Below, in pieces: positions 63,635-64,000 of a DNA stretch of 64,000 nt. Each line of letters opens with the position of its first letter. Within the stretch, counting starts at the first letter, position 1. The DNA comes from Octopus vulgaris. Its lineage: Eukaryota. The notes below the pieces were generated by a model. That model was not told the origin of the DNA. It was given only the letters and a program-made list of their open reading frames with translations, and made no database searches. Both the position numbers and the translations under genes were made by a program. Location of the stretch: assembly GCA_951406725.2 (NCBI GenBank), contig OX597817.1, positions 49,538,001 through 49,602,000 of the forward strand, read 5' to 3'.

Positions 63635-64000
63635 TCTTCGTGGTAATGGCGATTTGACGTCTATGTTTAGCATATAGGCTGTCCACTTTTAGTGGTCAGT
63701 CCTCTAAATTTTGTATGGAAAATAATTTTTAATCTTCAGATTTTTTAGAATATGCTAAGCCACTGGTTTTAATTGATTAATATCAATTTCTACCCTTATC
63801 TAATTTTTACATATATATATATATGTACATGCATACATATATATAATATATATACACACATATATATATATATATGTGTGTATGTATGTGTGTGTGTATG
63901 TATGTACACACACGCATACATATGTAGGATACTGTCCTTTTGTTGATAGGATAAGCAAAACAGTATTCACTTGAGAGACTATGAAATATTTAATAAATAC

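Overview
AT-rich, repeat-saturated eukaryotic (animal) DNA. The SINE families and the dense (TA)n/(CA)n/(TACA)n/(GATA)n microsatellites look like an octopus/coleoid genome (inference). I find no supportable host protein-coding exon; almost all listed ORFs are translations of microsatellites or SINEs. Contents: four tRNA-derived SINE groups (my labels A-D; CORE-like and Deu/Nin-like central domains, swapped 3' tails, tandem multimers); decayed LINE fragments (CR1-, RTE-, R4/Dong- and L1/Tx1-like); two mariner transposase relics; about ten MITE-type DNA elements; three non-autonomous Helitrons; and a diverged 28S rRNA fragment. The most notable signal is not in the ORF track. At least four apparently unrelated families of short non-coding elements sit in or next to (TA)n-type microsatellites, and each carries a minimal type I hammerhead ribozyme motif of the kind known from Penelope-like elements and retrozymes. 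Several have non-canonical cores (CCGAUGA, CUGUNGA), inverted partial duplications or terminal redundancy. All folds were read by eye and ribozyme activity is untested. Element boundaries without a TSD or TIR are approximate.
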